Source of the DNA: Amylibacter sp. | GTDB lineage: Bacteria > Pseudomonadota > Alphaproteobacteria > Rhodobacterales > Rhodobacteraceae | Assembly (NCBI GenBank): GCA_965261565.1 | Contig: OZ253460.1 | Span: 187,951-251,950 of the forward strand | DNA length: 64,000 nucleotides | Reading direction: 5' to 3' | Part shown: positions 16,563 to 27,777 of the stretch, piece after piece | Layout of the letters: each line of letters starts with the position of its first letter | Position numbering within the stretch: position 1 is the stretch's first letter | The notes under the pieces: model-generated | Databases searched by the model: none | The model's input: only the letters and a program-made list of their open reading frames with translations | What the model was told of the DNA's origin: nothing | Program-made: the position numbers and the translations under genes

Positions 16563-17673
16563 CTGTGTCTGCACACATCTTCCGCAGGTCCTTCCACTCG
16601 GACGGCGATAATATCGCCTCAAATGGTTTATCTCCGATTGTATCCGCATTATTGGCAGCTTTCGCACGCCCTGCTAAATCCGGGTGGCTTGCCAGATGTG
16701 ACAGAAGTTCAGGCCCGTCACCATATTTATCATTTAGCTTGTCAAAGAAATCCGCCATTGGTTTTAACGGCAATTCCGCATCCGCCATAAGTTCATGGGC
16801 GAATAGATCCGCGTTGGCTTCGGCATCCCGGCTATAGTCCGCCGCGATCAATTGTTCCGCAATCACCAAGGCAACGGCACCGCCGGCAAAATCACCGAAA
16901 ACCATACCCAAAATCCCGACCGAGCCGGCGGAACGCAGTGCCAGACGCGTGGGATCACGGTTAATCACATGCCCCATTTCATGGCCCAGAACAGCGGCCA
17001 CTTCCTGCGGGCTATCAGCCGCCTGTATCAGACCATCAAACAGAACAATATGACCGCCCGGAACCGCGAATGCATTTGGCATTTCATGGTTGAATACTTT
17101 GATGTCCAACGGATAGGGGCTGTCGGTGAACGCTTCCAGCCGTGAAGTCATCTTTTCAAGTGCCGCCTGGCCTTTCTGCCCGGTACACGCCAAGTTCGCA
17201 TCATTCCCGTAATTCAATAAACGCTCGATCTGGTTCAGACTGACCTGGCCCAAAGCAATCTCTCGTTCGACAGGGATCATCGTGGCCAATTGGTTAGCAA
17301 GCGACGGTATAACGACAAACATGATCACAACGACCGATGCCACGGCACCCGTACCCCAGATGCCAATACGTTTCCACATCGCGGCGGGAATGTCCGATTT
17401 GTTCAGGTTCTGCGCGAGCTTCTTAAGACGTATGATTAGAGCTTCGTCTGTAATATCAAGCCGTCCAGGATCACCCATCACCCGATAGGAAGCCCCCTTC
17501 TGGCTAGCCACATCCGAAACTTTTCTTATTTCTGCATAGGCCCATTCAACCGGCCCGTTCAGTGTAGAACACTGAATAACCAGACCTTGCTCTTCGCAGT
17601 TAATATCAACATCATGTGCACGCGCGGATTTTCCGTCATAAAAAACACCACTTTGGCTTTGAATATCATCCAT
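16549..17673 (-). CDS. M48-family zinc metallopeptidase, membrane-anchored
   Basis: HEMGHVINRD zincin motif and a TM segment (IWGTGAVASVVVIMFVVIPSL). ATG 17673 lies 1 nt after the upstream gene's stop. Confidence 0.85.
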   Translation of the reverse strand: MDDIQSQSGVFYDGKSARAHDVDINCEEQGLVIQCSTLNGPVEWAYAEIRKVSDVASQKGASYRVMGDPGRLDITDEALIIRLKKLAQNLNKSDIPAAMWKRIGIWGTGAVASVVVIMFVVIPSLANQLATMIPVEREIALGQVSLNQIERLLNYGNDANLACTGQKGQAALEKMTSRLEAFTDSPYPLDIKVFNHEMPNAFAVPGGHIVLFDGLIQAADSPQEVAAVLGHEMGHVINRDPTRLALRSAGSVGILGMVFGDFAGGAVALVIAEQLIAADYSRDAEANADLFAHELMADAELPLKPMADFFDKLNDKYGDGPELLSHLASHPDLAGRAKAANNADTIGDKPFEAILSPSEWKDLRKMCADTAKGE

Positions 17674-17674
17674 C

Positions 17675-18928
17675 TTAGAACCCGGCTCCGACATCCAATG
17701 CATCCGCGAAACCTTCGGCTTCAATCATCTGGTCGCCTTCACGTTGCACAACATGCTCCAGTTCTTCCGCGTTATGTACCGTTGTAACTATGGCATAATG
17801 TTCCAGAATTGGCTGTTTGATGAAAATCAGGCTTAGCACACCGAAGACAACAAACAAGGCAACATAGCCCAGAGCGGCGCCGACAACGAAGCCTGTCGGT
17901 GTGTCACCGATCCCCAAATCAACACCGCTAAGCGCCTGATTTGAAATAATCCCCAATATACCGGCAATCAGCCCAGCAATGATCGGGGCCAGCATTGAAA
18001 TAATGAAGCCGCCAAGCAGATATATACCGATGATGCGTGCGGTTCTGGGCTCGCTGGTAAATTGGATATTCTCACCCAGTTTTTTGGTTCTGGTCAGGAT
18101 GCGGTGGCTGTGGACACTATAATAGGCAAAGCCGATGTAGAACCAGACAATGCCGATGAAGATCATCGATCCGGCCAAAACGGCAAGAGCAATATCAACA
18201 CCAGCTGCATCATCTTCTAGGGATCCCCTCCAGGTCAGTATCGCCAATAACCCGCCACCAACAATAGCAATCAACAGTCCCATACCAATGTGCTTCATAG
18301 CGGGGTAAAGTGACTGCCAGCGGCCCTCTTGCGTGAATTGTGCATTCCCGAACCATGTACGGTCAGTTCTGTATTTTTCCAGATAGAATGTTTGGCGCGG
18401 CAACAATATTCCCAATGTCGCAATGGTCAGCATATAATGACCAATAGCGCGGATCGCGTAACCCCATGCCGCCTGATCAGCACCGAAACGGATACCCTTC
18501 CAATTGGTGCGTGACAGCATATAGCGGCGTGCGCGGTACTGCGCATAAAAGATCAGCGGCGCAAGCGCAATGAAGGTCGCATAGGTTAACAACAACCCAC
18601 GTATTTCATCGCCATTCGGGTCAACGGTTTCAAACAAGGACATACCGGCGAAACTGAGCGCAATTTGAAAGACGCCAAGATAAATTGCGAGGACCGCGAC
18701 TGCAATCAGAAAACCGATCAGTTTCTCGATACCTTTGCCGGTATATTCAAACCCGTGGCCGCCCAAAGTGAACGCGGACCAAAAATATCTGCGAAGCCGT
18801 GTCCGCGCCCAAAAACGATAGATACCCAAGGTCACAAGTGTCAGCAATGTCGTGACAACGGCAAGCCCACGAAGTTGGGGCGTATTTCCGTTAAATTCAA
18901 CCGTGCCTGCTTTTATCTCTTCAGTCAT
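17675..18928 (-). CDS. DUF898/YjgN-family multi-pass membrane protein
   Basis: 417 aa with repeated TM hairpins and a YjgN-like N-terminus (FWARTRLRRYFWS). It is tightly coupled to the M48 gene. Confidence 0.75.
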   Translation of the reverse strand: MTEEIKAGTVEFNGNTPQLRGLAVVTTLLTLVTLGIYRFWARTRLRRYFWSAFTLGGHGFEYTGKGIEKLIGFLIAVAVLAIYLGVFQIALSFAGMSLFETVDPNGDEIRGLLLTYATFIALAPLIFYAQYRARRYMLSRTNWKGIRFGADQAAWGYAIRAIGHYMLTIATLGILLPRQTFYLEKYRTDRTWFGNAQFTQEGRWQSLYPAMKHIGMGLLIAIVGGGLLAILTWRGSLEDDAAGVDIALAVLAGSMIFIGIVWFYIGFAYYSVHSHRILTRTKKLGENIQFTSEPRTARIIGIYLLGGFIISMLAPIIAGLIAGILGIISNQALSGVDLGIGDTPTGFVVGAALGYVALFVVFGVLSLIFIKQPILEHYAIVTTVHNAEELEHVVQREGDQMIEAEGFADALDVGAGF

Positions 18929-18951
18929 CTCAAATCCCGTAAACCCGCAAC

Positions 18952-21222
18952 TTAGATATTGAACTTATTATCCCTTGGAAAACCGCGCGGTGCCATACGG
19001 CCGGCAGAGGCCCGTTTACCGGTCCATTCCGCCAATTCCGTTTCAGTGCGCACACGCCCCGCAGGATCAAGCCAACTTAGGCCCACCGAATAGGTAAACG
19101 TTGTGGCATCATTAAGGCCGCCGTCCTTGTACTTTTGTAGCCTCACACCTTTACCGCGCCCCATTTCCGGCAATTCATCCATCGGGAAGATCAACACCTT
19201 GCGGTTTTCACCGACACAAGCGATATAATCGCCCTGCACAACATGGCAGACATGCGCTTTAACATCACTCCTGACGTTCAACACCTGTTTGCCGCTGCGG
19301 GTTTGGGCGACAACCTCGTCCTCATTCACAACAAAGCCATCACCGGCAGAAGAAGCGACCAGCAGCTTGCGCCCTGGGTTATGAATGAACAGATCGACCA
19401 TTTCCGCGTCATTCGGCAAATCAACGATCAGGCGAATGGGTTCTCCCATACCACGCCCGCCCGGCAGTTGGCTGCACGGCAATGTGTAAAACCGCCCGTT
19501 CCCGCCAAGCAACAACAGTTTATCCGTGGTTTCAGCATGAAAGATAAAGCGGCTTTCGTCGCCATCCTTGAATTTCAGATCTTGCGCCAGATCGATATGG
19601 CCTTTCATAGCCCTGATCCAACCCATCGCAGAACAGACCACTGTGATCGGTTCTTTTTCGATCATCGCCTCGATCGGCACTTCTTCCACATCCGGCGCAT
19701 CAGCCAGTTCAGTACGCCGCTCACCACCTTCGGAACCTTTGCCGAACTTCTTGCGGGTTTCGCGCAACTGATCGGTGATACGGCCCCATTGCAAGTTTTC
19801 ATCTGCCAGCAAATCCTCAAGATCAGCACGTTCAACCAGCAGATCGTCGCGTTCGCGGCGCAGTTCTATTTCCTCAAGCTTGCGCAAATTGCGCAGGCGC
19901 ATGTTCAAAATCGCTTCTGCCTGCACATCGGTCAGTTCAAATTCCGCGATCAGAACAGATTTAGGTTCATCCTCATAACGAATGATTTCAATCACGCGGT
20001 CAAGATTGAGGAAGGCAATGATATAGCCTTCCAGAACTTCCAGACGGCGATCAATCTTATCAAGGCGAAATTTGGATCGTCTTTGCAGAACCTCGCGTCG
20101 GTGATCAAGAAAAGCGCGTAGAATTTCCTTCATCGAACAAACCTTGGGCGTACGCCCGTCGATCAATACATTCATGTTCAGGCTGAAACGGATTTCCAGA
20201 TCGCAAAGCTTGAACAGGGTTTCCATCAGAACCGCAGGATCAACGGTCTTGGCACGCGGCTCCAGTACAAGACGCACATCTTCAGCACTTTCATCTCGAA
20301 CATCCGCGAGGATCGGAATGCGTTTGGCTTGAATAAGTTCCGCAATTTTCTCGATCAATTTCGATTTTTGTACTTGATAGGGAATTTCCGTGACAACAAT
20401 TTGCCATTGCCCCCGCCCCAGTTCCTCTAATTCCCATCGCGCCCGCAATCGGAACGCGCCACGCCCAGTTTTATAGGCCTGTAAAATATTTTCGCGCGGC
20501 TCAACCAATATACCACCAGTAGGAAAGTCTGGCCCCGGTACATAATCCATCAGGGTTTCATCGCGTGCATTTGGCGCTTTGACCAGATGGATTGCAGCAT
20601 CACAAAGCTCGCCGATGTTATGCGGCGCAATGTTCGTCGCCATTCCCACCGCGATACCGGACGAGCCGTTGGCAAGCAGGTTCGGATATGTGGCGGGCAA
20701 AACCTCGGGTTCGGTTTCAGAACCGTCATAGTTCGGATTAAAGTTGACGGCATCTTCGGACAGACCGACCATCAGGGCCTGCGCCGCTTCGGTCATCCGC
20801 GCTTCGGTATAGCGCGGTGCGGCCGGATTATCACCGTCGATATTGCCGAAGTTACCCTGCCCGTCGACCAGCGGATAGCGCACACTAAAATCCTGCGCCA
20901 GTCGCGCCAGTGCGTCATAAATTGCCTGATCGCCGTGAGGGTGATAGTTACCCATCACCTCACCCACAATTTTCGCACATTTCTTATAGGCACCGGCCGG
21001 ATCCAGTTTTAGACCACGCATCGCGTAAAGTATACGCCGATGCACTGGTTTCAATCCGTCACGCGCATCAGGTAGAGCGCGGCCCATGATGGTGGACAGC
21101 GCATATGTCAGATAACGATCCCCGATTGCACGGCGCAGCGGTTCTGTAGTGGTCAGGCCACCATTGTCGGGTATGTTGTTGTCGTCAGTTAAATCAGCCA
21201 TAGATGATGTGTAATCGGTCAA
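18952..21222 (-). CDS. parC: DNA topoisomerase IV subunit A
   Basis: 756 aa. Type IIA subunit A with HPHGD and the catalytic Tyr in [10 protein letters not shown]. The length fits ParC rather than GyrA. Confidence 0.88.
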   Translation of the reverse strand: MTDYTSSMADLTDDNNIPDNGGLTTTEPLRRAIGDRYLTYALSTIMGRALPDARDGLKPVHRRILYAMRGLKLDPAGAYKKCAKIVGEVMGNYHPHGDQAIYDALARLAQDFSVRYPLVDGQGNFGNIDGDNPAAPRYTEARMTEAAQALMVGLSEDAVNFNPNYDGSETEPEVLPATYPNLLANGSSGIAVGMATNIAPHNIGELCDAAIHLVKAPNARDETLMDYVPGPDFPTGGILVEPRENILQAYKTGRGAFRLRARWELEELGRGQWQIVVTEIPYQVQKSKLIEKIAELIQAKRIPILADVRDESAEDVRLVLEPRAKTVDPAVLMETLFKLCDLEIRFSLNMNVLIDGRTPKVCSMKEILRAFLDHRREVLQRRSKFRLDKIDRRLEVLEGYIIAFLNLDRVIEIIRYEDEPKSVLIAEFELTDVQAEAILNMRLRNLRKLEEIELRRERDDLLVERADLEDLLADENLQWGRITDQLRETRKKFGKGSEGGERRTELADAPDVEEVPIEAMIEKEPITVVCSAMGWIRAMKGHIDLAQDLKFKDGDESRFIFHAETTDKLLLLGGNGRFYTLPCSQLPGGRGMGEPIRLIVDLPNDAEMVDLFIHNPGRKLLVASSAGDGFVVNEDEVVAQTRSGKQVLNVRSDVKAHVCHVVQGDYIACVGENRKVLIFPMDELPEMGRGKGVRLQKYKDGGLNDATTFTYSVGLSWLDPAGRVRTETELAEWTGKRASAGRMAPRGFPRDNKFNI

Positions 21223-21353
21223 CAGGATAGGGTCTAGAGCTTAGACCGATTTTCAGGGTTTTTATTGCGGGACGTAAGGTTTTTCTCGCCTCGCCAAGAA
21301 TGCTAAACTAGTTTACTGATTTAGTTTATATTAACAACAACAGGCCCCTGTAA

Positions 21354-22187
21354 ATGACTCAAAAATCCGTCCTTATCACCGGTTGCTCATCTGGTATCGG
21401 TTATGACGCTGCCCACACTTTGCACAAACGCGGATGGCGGGTATTCGCGACCTGCCGTAATCTGAAAGATTGTAAGCGGCTGCGGGATGAAGGTCTGGAA
21501 AGTTTCAGACTGGATTATGAAGATGAGGTCAGCATCAAACGGGCAGTTAAAGAAACACTGAAACGCACAGGCGGCACGCTGGATGCGCTATATAATAATG
21601 GAGCCTATGCGATACCTGCTTTTACACAAGATTACCCACGTGATGCTTTACGGGCCATTTTTGAAGCCAATTTCTTTGGCTATTTCGATCTGATCAATCA
21701 GGTTTTGCCTGTAATGCTGAAACAGGGTCATGGACGGATTATAAATTGTTCCTCTGTGCTGGGACTTACAGCTATGAAGGGGCGCGGCGCGTATAATGCC
21801 ACCAAGTTCGCGATGGAGGGGTTGACCGATACGTTGCGCTTGGAAATGCGCAATCAACCCGTTGATATTATTCTGGTAGAGCCAGGGCCGATCACAACGG
21901 ACATTCGTCAAAATGCGCAAAAGCAATTTGAAAAATGGATCGACTGGGAACAATCTCTGGGGCGTAAAGTTTATGAAAACACACTTATCCCACGGCTTTA
22001 CGCCAAGGACACGAAACCTGATGCAGGCGAGCTACCCTCCTCTGCTGTAACCAAAAAGCTGATCCATGCGCTGGAAAGCCCGCGCCCGCGCCCGCGTTAT
22101 TATGTCACCACGCCAACATATGTCGCAGGCTTCCTCAAGCGCATCTTGTCGACACGGGCCATGGATTACCTTTATAGTCGTGTATAG
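21354..22187 (+). CDS. SDR-family oxidoreductase
   Basis: TGCSSGIGYDAA cofactor motif and YNATKFAMEG (YxxxK). Confidence 0.85.
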   Translation: MTQKSVLITGCSSGIGYDAAHTLHKRGWRVFATCRNLKDCKRLRDEGLESFRLDYEDEVSIKRAVKETLKRTGGTLDALYNNGAYAIPAFTQDYPRDALRAIFEANFFGYFDLINQVLPVMLKQGHGRIINCSSVLGLTAMKGRGAYNATKFAMEGLTDTLRLEMRNQPVDIILVEPGPITTDIRQNAQKQFEKWIDWEQSLGRKVYENTLIPRLYAKDTKPDAGELPSSAVTKKLIHALESPRPRPRYYVTTPTYVAGFLKRILSTRAMDYLYSRV

Positions 22188-22209
22188 TTAAGCTCGAAAG
22201 GCAAGCCCC

Positions 22210-22416
22210 ATGTCACAAGCCCCGCTTTATTTTCTTGCCGTTGCAGCGGTACTGGTTGTGTTGGTCATTTTAATGATGGGCCTTGGCAGCTTTACAAAGG
22301 GCGGCGAGTTTAGCCGCAAATATTCCAATAAGCTAATGCGCATGCGGATTATCGCGCAGGCCGTCGCGGTTGGGTTGATCCTACTTTATGCAATACTACG
22401 CGGAAACGGTGGCTGA
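22210..22416 (+). CDS. twin transmembrane helix small protein (HIG1-domain)
   Basis: 68 aa with two TM helices and the RMRIIAQ motif. Confidence 0.7.
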   Translation: MSQAPLYFLAVAAVLVVLVILMMGLGSFTKGGEFSRKYSNKLMRMRIIAQAVAVGLILLYAILRGNGG

Positions 22417-22418
22417 TT

Positions 22419-22991
22419 ATGGTTGTTCTGAACAAGATATATACCCGCACCGGCGACAAAGGCGAAACCGCACTGGGTAATGGTGTGCGTGTGGCCAAAG
22501 ACAGTGCGCGCGTAGATGCTTACGGTACGGTTGATGAGGTCAATGCAACCGTCGGACTGGCTCGTCTTCATGCAAATGACGATATGGATTTGGCCCTTGC
22601 ACGCATTCAAAACGATCTGTTTGATCTGGGTGCTGACCTGTGTCGCCCCGATATGGCCAAAGATAGCGATGCGCAATATGCCCCTTTGCGAATAATCGCA
22701 GCTCAAGTGGATCGGCTTGAGGCAGAAATTGATGCGATGAACGCAAATATCGCTCCTTTGCGTAGTTTCGTTTTACCGGGTGGTTCTGGTTTGGCCGCGC
22801 ACTTACATCTTTGCCGCACAGTTGCACGCCGTGCAGAGCGATTGGCTGTAACGCTTTCTGGACAGGAAGATGTTAACGCCTCCGCAGTTAAGTATCTGAA
22901 CCGCTTATCCGACTGGTTTTTTGTCGCCTCACGCGCCGCTAATGAAAACGGCACAAAGGATGTGCTTTGGGTGCCAGGTGGGAATCAATAG
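22419..22991 (+). CDS. ATP:cob(I)alamin adenosyltransferase, PduO type
   Basis: 190 aa with IYTRTGDKGET at the N-terminus, and FVLPGG. Confidence 0.88.
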   Translation: MVVLNKIYTRTGDKGETALGNGVRVAKDSARVDAYGTVDEVNATVGLARLHANDDMDLALARIQNDLFDLGADLCRPDMAKDSDAQYAPLRIIAAQVDRLEAEIDAMNANIAPLRSFVLPGGSGLAAHLHLCRTVARRAERLAVTLSGQEDVNASAVKYLNRLSDWFFVASRAANENGTKDVLWVPGGNQ

Positions 22992-23163
22992 CTTTGCAAA
23001 CCTCGTGAAATTCTGATTTCATTTTTCATACTGCCAAACGCGACGTTATTTCCCCTTCAGGTGTCGAAAAGTCGCTTTATTTACCATTGCACCTATCGTA
23101 CACGGGTTTTGGAATATTATGCTGTCCCCATAAAGGGGATGTAATTAACTTGGAGTGTCGCAT

Positions 23164-23925
23164 ATGAAGGTGCTAGTCCCCGTCAAACGCGTGATCGATT
23201 ACAACGTGAAAGTTCGTGTCAAAGCGGACGGCAGCGGTGTTGATCTTGCGAATGTCAAAATGTCCATGAACCCGTTCGATGAAATCGCTGTCGAAGAAGC
23301 CATTCGTCTGCGGGAAGCTGGCAAAGCTGAAGAAATCATTGCCGTATCTATTGGCGTGAAACAATCACAAGAAACGCTACGTACAGCTTTGGCCATGGGT
23401 GCGGACCGCGCCATCTTGATCGAAGCGGTTGACGATGTTCACACCGACATCGAACCTTTGTCGGTTGCCAAACTGCTAAAAGCCGTAATCGACGAAGAGC
23501 AGCCCGGTCTGGTGCTTTGCGGCAAACAGGCGATTGACAATGATATGAACGCCACGGGCCAAATGCTGGCAGCCCTATTGGGCTGGTCACAAGGCACGTT
23601 TGCCTCTGAACTGTCTGTTGATGGCGACAGTGCTACAGTCACTCGCGAAGTTGACGGCGGCTTGCAAACCATCAAGGTAAAAATGCCGGCAATCGTTTCC
23701 GTTGACCTGCGCTTGAACGAGCCACGCTATGCGTCGTTGCCAAACATCATGAAGGCCAAGAAAAAGCCGATGGATATGAAAACACCCGGCGATTACGGTG
23801 TTGACGTTTCTCCACGCTTAGAAATTGTCAGCACAACGGAACCGTCCGAGCGCGCCGCAGGTGTGATCGTGGCAGATGTCGCTGAACTGGTTGCGAAACT
23901 TAAAGACGAAGCAGGAGTGATATAA
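23164..23925 (+). CDS. etfB: electron transfer flavoprotein beta subunit
   Basis: [20 protein letters not shown]-terminus. A GGAG lies 8 nt upstream of ATG 23164. The tracked ORF starts at GTG 23155. Confidence 0.92.
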   Translation: MKVLVPVKRVIDYNVKVRVKADGSGVDLANVKMSMNPFDEIAVEEAIRLREAGKAEEIIAVSIGVKQSQETLRTALAMGADRAILIEAVDDVHTDIEPLSVAKLLKAVIDEEQPGLVLCGKQAIDNDMNATGQMLAALLGWSQGTFASELSVDGDSATVTREVDGGLQTIKVKMPAIVSVDLRLNEPRYASLPNIMKAKKKPMDMKTPGDYGVDVSPRLEIVSTTEPSERAAGVIVADVAELVAKLKDEAGVI

Positions 23926-24851
23926 TGGCTGTTCTTCTATTAGCTGAAATCGTGGCTGGTGAAATTTCACTAGACCAAACCGGTAAAGCCGTAACTGCGG
24001 CAGCCGCTTTAGGCGACATCACTGTTCTTTGCGCCTCTGCCAGCTGTGGCGACGCAGCAAATGCTGCCGCCAAACTGGACGGTATTGCAAAAGTACTTTG
24101 CGCAGACGATGCCGCTTACGGCAACGGTCTGGCCGAGCCAGTGGCCGATTTGATTGTGTCACTTGCAGGTGACTATGATCACATCGTGGCCCCTGCCACA
24201 TCTAATGCCAAAAATATCCTGCCGCGCGTTGCCGCATTGTTGGACGTGATGGTCATTTCTGACATCACAGGCATTGTGGATGGCGATACATTTGAGCGCC
24301 CAATTTATGCGGGCAATGCTATTCAAACTGTGAAATCTTCTGACAGCAAAAAGGTGATTTCAATCCGGACTGCTGGCTTTGATGCAGCGGCTGAAAGCGG
24401 TTCTGCAACTGTTGAAAGTATCGCAGCGGTTGGAGACTCTGGTTTATCAACATGGGTCGAAGACAAGGTACAAACCTCTGACCGCCCTGAATTGACATCT
24501 GCCAAGATCGTTGTATCAGGCGGCCGTGGTGTTGGCTCTGAAGAAAGCTTTGCGATTATTGAAGCTTTGGCCGACAAACTGAATGCCGCCGTTGGCGCAT
24601 CGCGCGCGGCCGTTGACAGTGGCTACGCACCAAACGATTGGCAGGTCGGCCAAACCGGTAAAGTGGTTGCACCGGATTTGTATATCGCATGTGGTATTTC
24701 AGGAGCGATCCAGCACTTGGCCGGCATGAAAGACAGTAAGGTTATTGTCGCGATCAACAAAGACGAAGAAGCACCTATCTTCCAGGTGGCTGATTACGGT
24801 CTGGTGGCAGATTTATTTGATGCAGTTCCGGAATTGACCGACGCGCTTTAA
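23925..24851 (+). CDS. etfA: electron transfer flavoprotein alpha subunit
   Basis: 308 aa with the C-terminal FAD-binding region [12 protein letters not shown]. The start overlaps the etfB stop. Confidence 0.92.
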   Translation: MAVLLLAEIVAGEISLDQTGKAVTAAAALGDITVLCASASCGDAANAAAKLDGIAKVLCADDAAYGNGLAEPVADLIVSLAGDYDHIVAPATSNAKNILPRVAALLDVMVISDITGIVDGDTFERPIYAGNAIQTVKSSDSKKVISIRTAGFDAAAESGSATVESIAAVGDSGLSTWVEDKVQTSDRPELTSAKIVVSGGRGVGSEESFAIIEALADKLNAAVGASRAAVDSGYAPNDWQVGQTGKVVAPDLYIACGISGAIQHLAGMKDSKVIVAINKDEEAPIFQVADYGLVADLFDAVPELTDAL

Positions 24852-24879
24852 ACCTTCAGCAGATACAATACATTTAAAA

Positions 24880-24905
24880 GGCTTGCTTCGTGCAGGCCTT
24901 TTTTT
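24880..24905. terminator. bidirectional rho-independent terminator between etfA and the convergent acyltransferase
   Basis: GGCTTGC-TTCGT-GCAGGCC, flanked by AAAA on the left and TTTTTTT on the right. Confidence 0.65.
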
Positions 24906-25785
24906 ATTCTAAATTTGGGTTAAGCTTAAGGGTTTCCGCCCGCAAAAATGCCATCAACCCTACGGGATCAGTCTTGTACTTATCCAAAACATCACGCTCA
25001 ATTGGCTTACCAATAACAGGTGATTGAGGCTTATGAAACGCATGCTTTATTTCATACATCAACAGGCTTTGACGGCATGTGTCCGAAATCCTGTTGGCGA
25101 TTTGAAACCAGCGTGAATTTGATCCTTGAAAAAAGATAGGTACGACACGCGCGTTGGATTGCAAGACCAGCTTAGAGGTAAACTTACCCCAATCCGCTTC
25201 AGTCACCGGGCCAAAAGCAGTTTCACTGGTTGAAACAGTTCCCGCCGGGAAAACACCGATACAATGCCCATCCCTGACATCTGTCAGTGCCTCTTTACGG
25301 GTTTGCAGATTTTTATTTACGGCATTTTCCTCATGAGGGAAACTAATCGATAAAAGGTTCTTTTCGGCAACAGCAACGCCGTTTAACAATGCCCGTGTGA
25401 TTATCTTGAAATCTTCACGGCGTTTGGACAAAACCCACGCCAGCACCACACCGTCAACCAACCCATGTGGATGATTGCAAACCACAACGATTGACCCGGT
25501 TGCGGGAATATTTTCCAACTGTTCAAGTGGGGTTTTAATCTCAATGCTCATCTCATTCAGCACTGACGTCCAGAAGTGCGAATCTTTCTTGGGATTGTTT
25601 TCCCAATGGCGCATGTGGAATAATAACTGGAATCGCGCAGTCAACGTTTCAACTGTTTTGATGAAAAGCCGTTTCCAGAAACTGGGAAAAGAATTGGCAT
25701 AAGTCAATTCTGATCGATCATATAGCATGACCTTTTCAGCTTCTGCCTGTGTTTCGATCTCAGTCACTTTACTTAACCTCACCAA
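24904..25785 (-). CDS. lysophospholipid acyltransferase family protein (PlsC-like)
   Basis: NHPHGLVDG (HX4D) and FPAGTVS. The start is uncertain: 25785 overlaps the upstream gene by 17 nt, and the alternative is ATG 25728. Confidence 0.75.
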   Translation of the reverse strand: MVRLSKVTEIETQAEAEKVMLYDRSELTYANSFPSFWKRLFIKTVETLTARFQLLFHMRHWENNPKKDSHFWTSVLNEMSIEIKTPLEQLENIPATGSIVVVCNHPHGLVDGVVLAWVLSKRREDFKIITRALLNGVAVAEKNLLSISFPHEENAVNKNLQTRKEALTDVRDGHCIGVFPAGTVSTSETAFGPVTEADWGKFTSKLVLQSNARVVPIFFQGSNSRWFQIANRISDTCRQSLLMYEIKHAFHKPQSPVIGKPIERDVLDKYKTDPVGLMAFLRAETLKLNPNLE

Positions 25786-26038
25786 AATAATCCGCCAAAA
25801 GGGCTTTTATTGCAGCCGCAAGGGATTCTTCTTGTGCACCTGTTGTTTTAATTTCAATCAGGCACCCTTTTGACGCCCCCAGCATCATAAGCCCCATAAT
25901 GGAACTGCCAGACACGGCCATACCGTCTTTTGAGACTGTGACTTCCGCATCGAAACCTTCAACAGTCTCTACAAACTTCGCTGAAGCACGGGCATGAAGC
26001 CCCTTTTCATTCTCAATCGTAAGGATTTGGATCATCAA
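25769..26038 (-). CDS. HPr-family phosphocarrier protein (NPr-like)
   Basis: 89 aa with the His-15 region NEKGLHARASAKF. Confidence 0.88.
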   Translation of the reverse strand: MMIQILTIENEKGLHARASAKFVETVEGFDAEVTVSKDGMAVSGSSIMGLMMLGASKGCLIEIKTTGAQEESLAAAIKALLADYFGEVK

Positions 26039-26053
26039 AGCTGCCTTTATATT

Positions 26054-26437
26054 TTAGCTGTTACAGCAATTCATATACTTTTTACCAGCGGCCATACTTG
26101 CTTCGATGGCATGATCCACAGTCATATTACGTGATTTCGCAAGCTTTATCAGCATTGGCAGGTTCGCACCATAAAGGATTTTTCTTTTTGTTTCCGCACA
26201 AGCCATCATCGACAAATTAGCAGGGGACCCGCCAAACATATCAACGACAACAATAACTCCGCCACCCGTATCAACGCTATTGGCTGTTTCGTAAATTTCA
26301 ACCTGCTTCGCTGCTCGGTCACATTCCGCGGCAATGGAAATGGCTTTGATACCTTCCTGTTTACCCACGACATGCTCAATGGCAGCCAAATACTCATTGG
26401 CTAAACCACCATGCGCGACAATAATTACTCCGATCAA
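26054..26437 (-). CDS. PTS EIIA component, mannose family
   Basis: 127 aa with [13 protein letters not shown] (phosphorylatable His) and VDMFGGSP. Confidence 0.85.
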   Translation of the reverse strand: MIGVIIVAHGGLANEYLAAIEHVVGKQEGIKAISIAAECDRAAKQVEIYETANSVDTGGGVIVVVDMFGGSPANLSMMACAETKRKILYGANLPMLIKLAKSRNMTVDHAIEASMAAGKKYMNCCNS

Positions 26438-26465
26438 ACCGCTACACTCCTAAATGCACCCGACA

Positions 26466-27332
26466 TCATTGTTCTTCCAGCTCTCGATGGCGTATAGACA
26501 CATGCCAGCCTGAGTCTGCAAGGCTTTTCCCCAAGGTTTCTGCTACGCAAACTGACCGGTGTTGTCCACCCGTGCAGCCAATACCTAATGAAAAGTGTGC
26601 TTTTCCTTCATCTATATAGGCAGGCAAAAGAAATTCGCACATGTCCATTAAGCGCTCGAAAAACTCATCAAACCTTACGTCAGCCTTTACATATTCGGCC
26701 ACTTTTTGATCTGTTCCGTTCTTACTACGTAAGGATTTCTCCCAATAAGGGTTGTTTAAAAAACGGCAATCATAGACCATATCAATGCCTCTGGGTACGC
26801 CGCGTTTGTAAGAAAAAGAATGCAGCGCTATCGCCAGTTGCCCATCATCGTTATCACCATACAAAGTCTTCAATTCCAGCTTCAGTTCATGCGGTGATAA
26901 TTTTGTTGTATCAATAAGCACATCCGCCCTTAAGCGCAGTGTTGAAAGTAATTTCTTTTCCTGCTCGATACCCAGTTCCGGCGTATCTTCCGGTGTCAAA
27001 GGATGGCGGCGGCGGGTTTCACTGTAGCGCCGAACCAATACATCAGAGTTGCAATCCAGAAACAGGATTATGCTGTCAAAACCTATTGTGCGTTTAATCT
27101 CTTCATGAATATCCAGCACAGCGCCAACACTGAAATCGCGGGTCCTGATATCAACACCCAGTGCAATCTGACGGCCATTCAGTGGCCCGGTTAACAATTT
27201 CGGCAGCAGTGATAATGGCATATTGTTAATGGTTTCGTAGCCAATATCTTCAAATACATTTATTGCAGTACTGCGACCCGCACCCGATGGTCCGGTAACC
27301 AATATGATGTTTGAATTTGTTTTCTCACCCAC
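26466..27332 (-). CDS. rapZ: RNase adapter protein RapZ (YhbJ family)
   Basis: 288 aa with Walker [10 protein letters not shown] and C-terminal [10 protein letters not shown]. Confidence 0.88.
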   Translation of the reverse strand: MGEKTNSNIILVTGPSGAGRSTAINVFEDIGYETINNMPLSLLPKLLTGPLNGRQIALGVDIRTRDFSVGAVLDIHEEIKRTIGFDSIILFLDCNSDVLVRRYSETRRRHPLTPEDTPELGIEQEKKLLSTLRLRADVLIDTTKLSPHELKLELKTLYGDNDDGQLAIALHSFSYKRGVPRGIDMVYDCRFLNNPYWEKSLRSKNGTDQKVAEYVKADVRFDEFFERLMDMCEFLLPAYIDEGKAHFSLGIGCTGGQHRSVCVAETLGKSLADSGWHVSIRHRELEEQ

Positions 27333-27333
27333 G

Positions 27334-27777
27334 TCACTGATCCAAGTGCTTAATCCGTCCGAACAGATTTAACAGTTTTACCGCTATTGGCAAGTTTGTG
27401 ACACTTGCCCCCGCGATGACTTCCACCTGATGAGAGCATATTTTAACATAGCTTATTTCCGGCATGCGGCATTGTGATGCCACAGTTAAATCAACCACAA
27501 GATTCAACCGTGATGTATTTATTTTAGGGCAACATAATATACCTATATTACGGGCTTCTATTTTCCCTGCTATGGCTTTAGGGGCCGAAACATTAACCCC
27601 ACTTCCACTGTTTGACAAAACAACCTGATCGTCAGCAACCAACAAGCCACCCAATGCAATTAAATTTAATGCCAATGTAGATTTACCAGAGCCCGGCGGG
27701 CCAATTGCCAATATGCTTTTCCCGTCAAAATCAACACAAGACCCGTGTACCGCGCCAAGTTTGATTTCCGAGATCAC
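27334..27777 (-). CDS. hprK: HPr kinase/phosphorylase, short alphaproteobacterial form
   Basis: 147 aa with P-loop GPPGSGKST. The N-terminal domain is absent, as is known for alphaproteobacterial HprK. Confidence 0.8.
   Translation of the reverse strand: MISEIKLGAVHGSCVDFDGKSILAIGPPGSGKSTLALNLIALGGLLVADDQVVLSNSGSGVNVSAPKAIAGKIEARNIGILCCPKINTSRLNLVVDLTVASQCRMPEISYVKICSHQVEVIAGASVTNLPIAVKLLNLFGRIKHLDQ

Noticed and set aside
19243-20121. Long antisense ORFs inside well-supported genes (292 aa in parC; also 27958-28629 in chvG, 48615-49307 in thiC, 3265-3810 in the dehydratase gene, 35354-35851 in rnc, 54939-55553 across the TPR/accA junction, 52266-52745 in the patB-like gene)
   Set aside because: These are shadow ORFs opposite genes with clear family motifs. 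Their translations are low-complexity and Arg/Ser/His-rich, with no recognisable domains or RBS.
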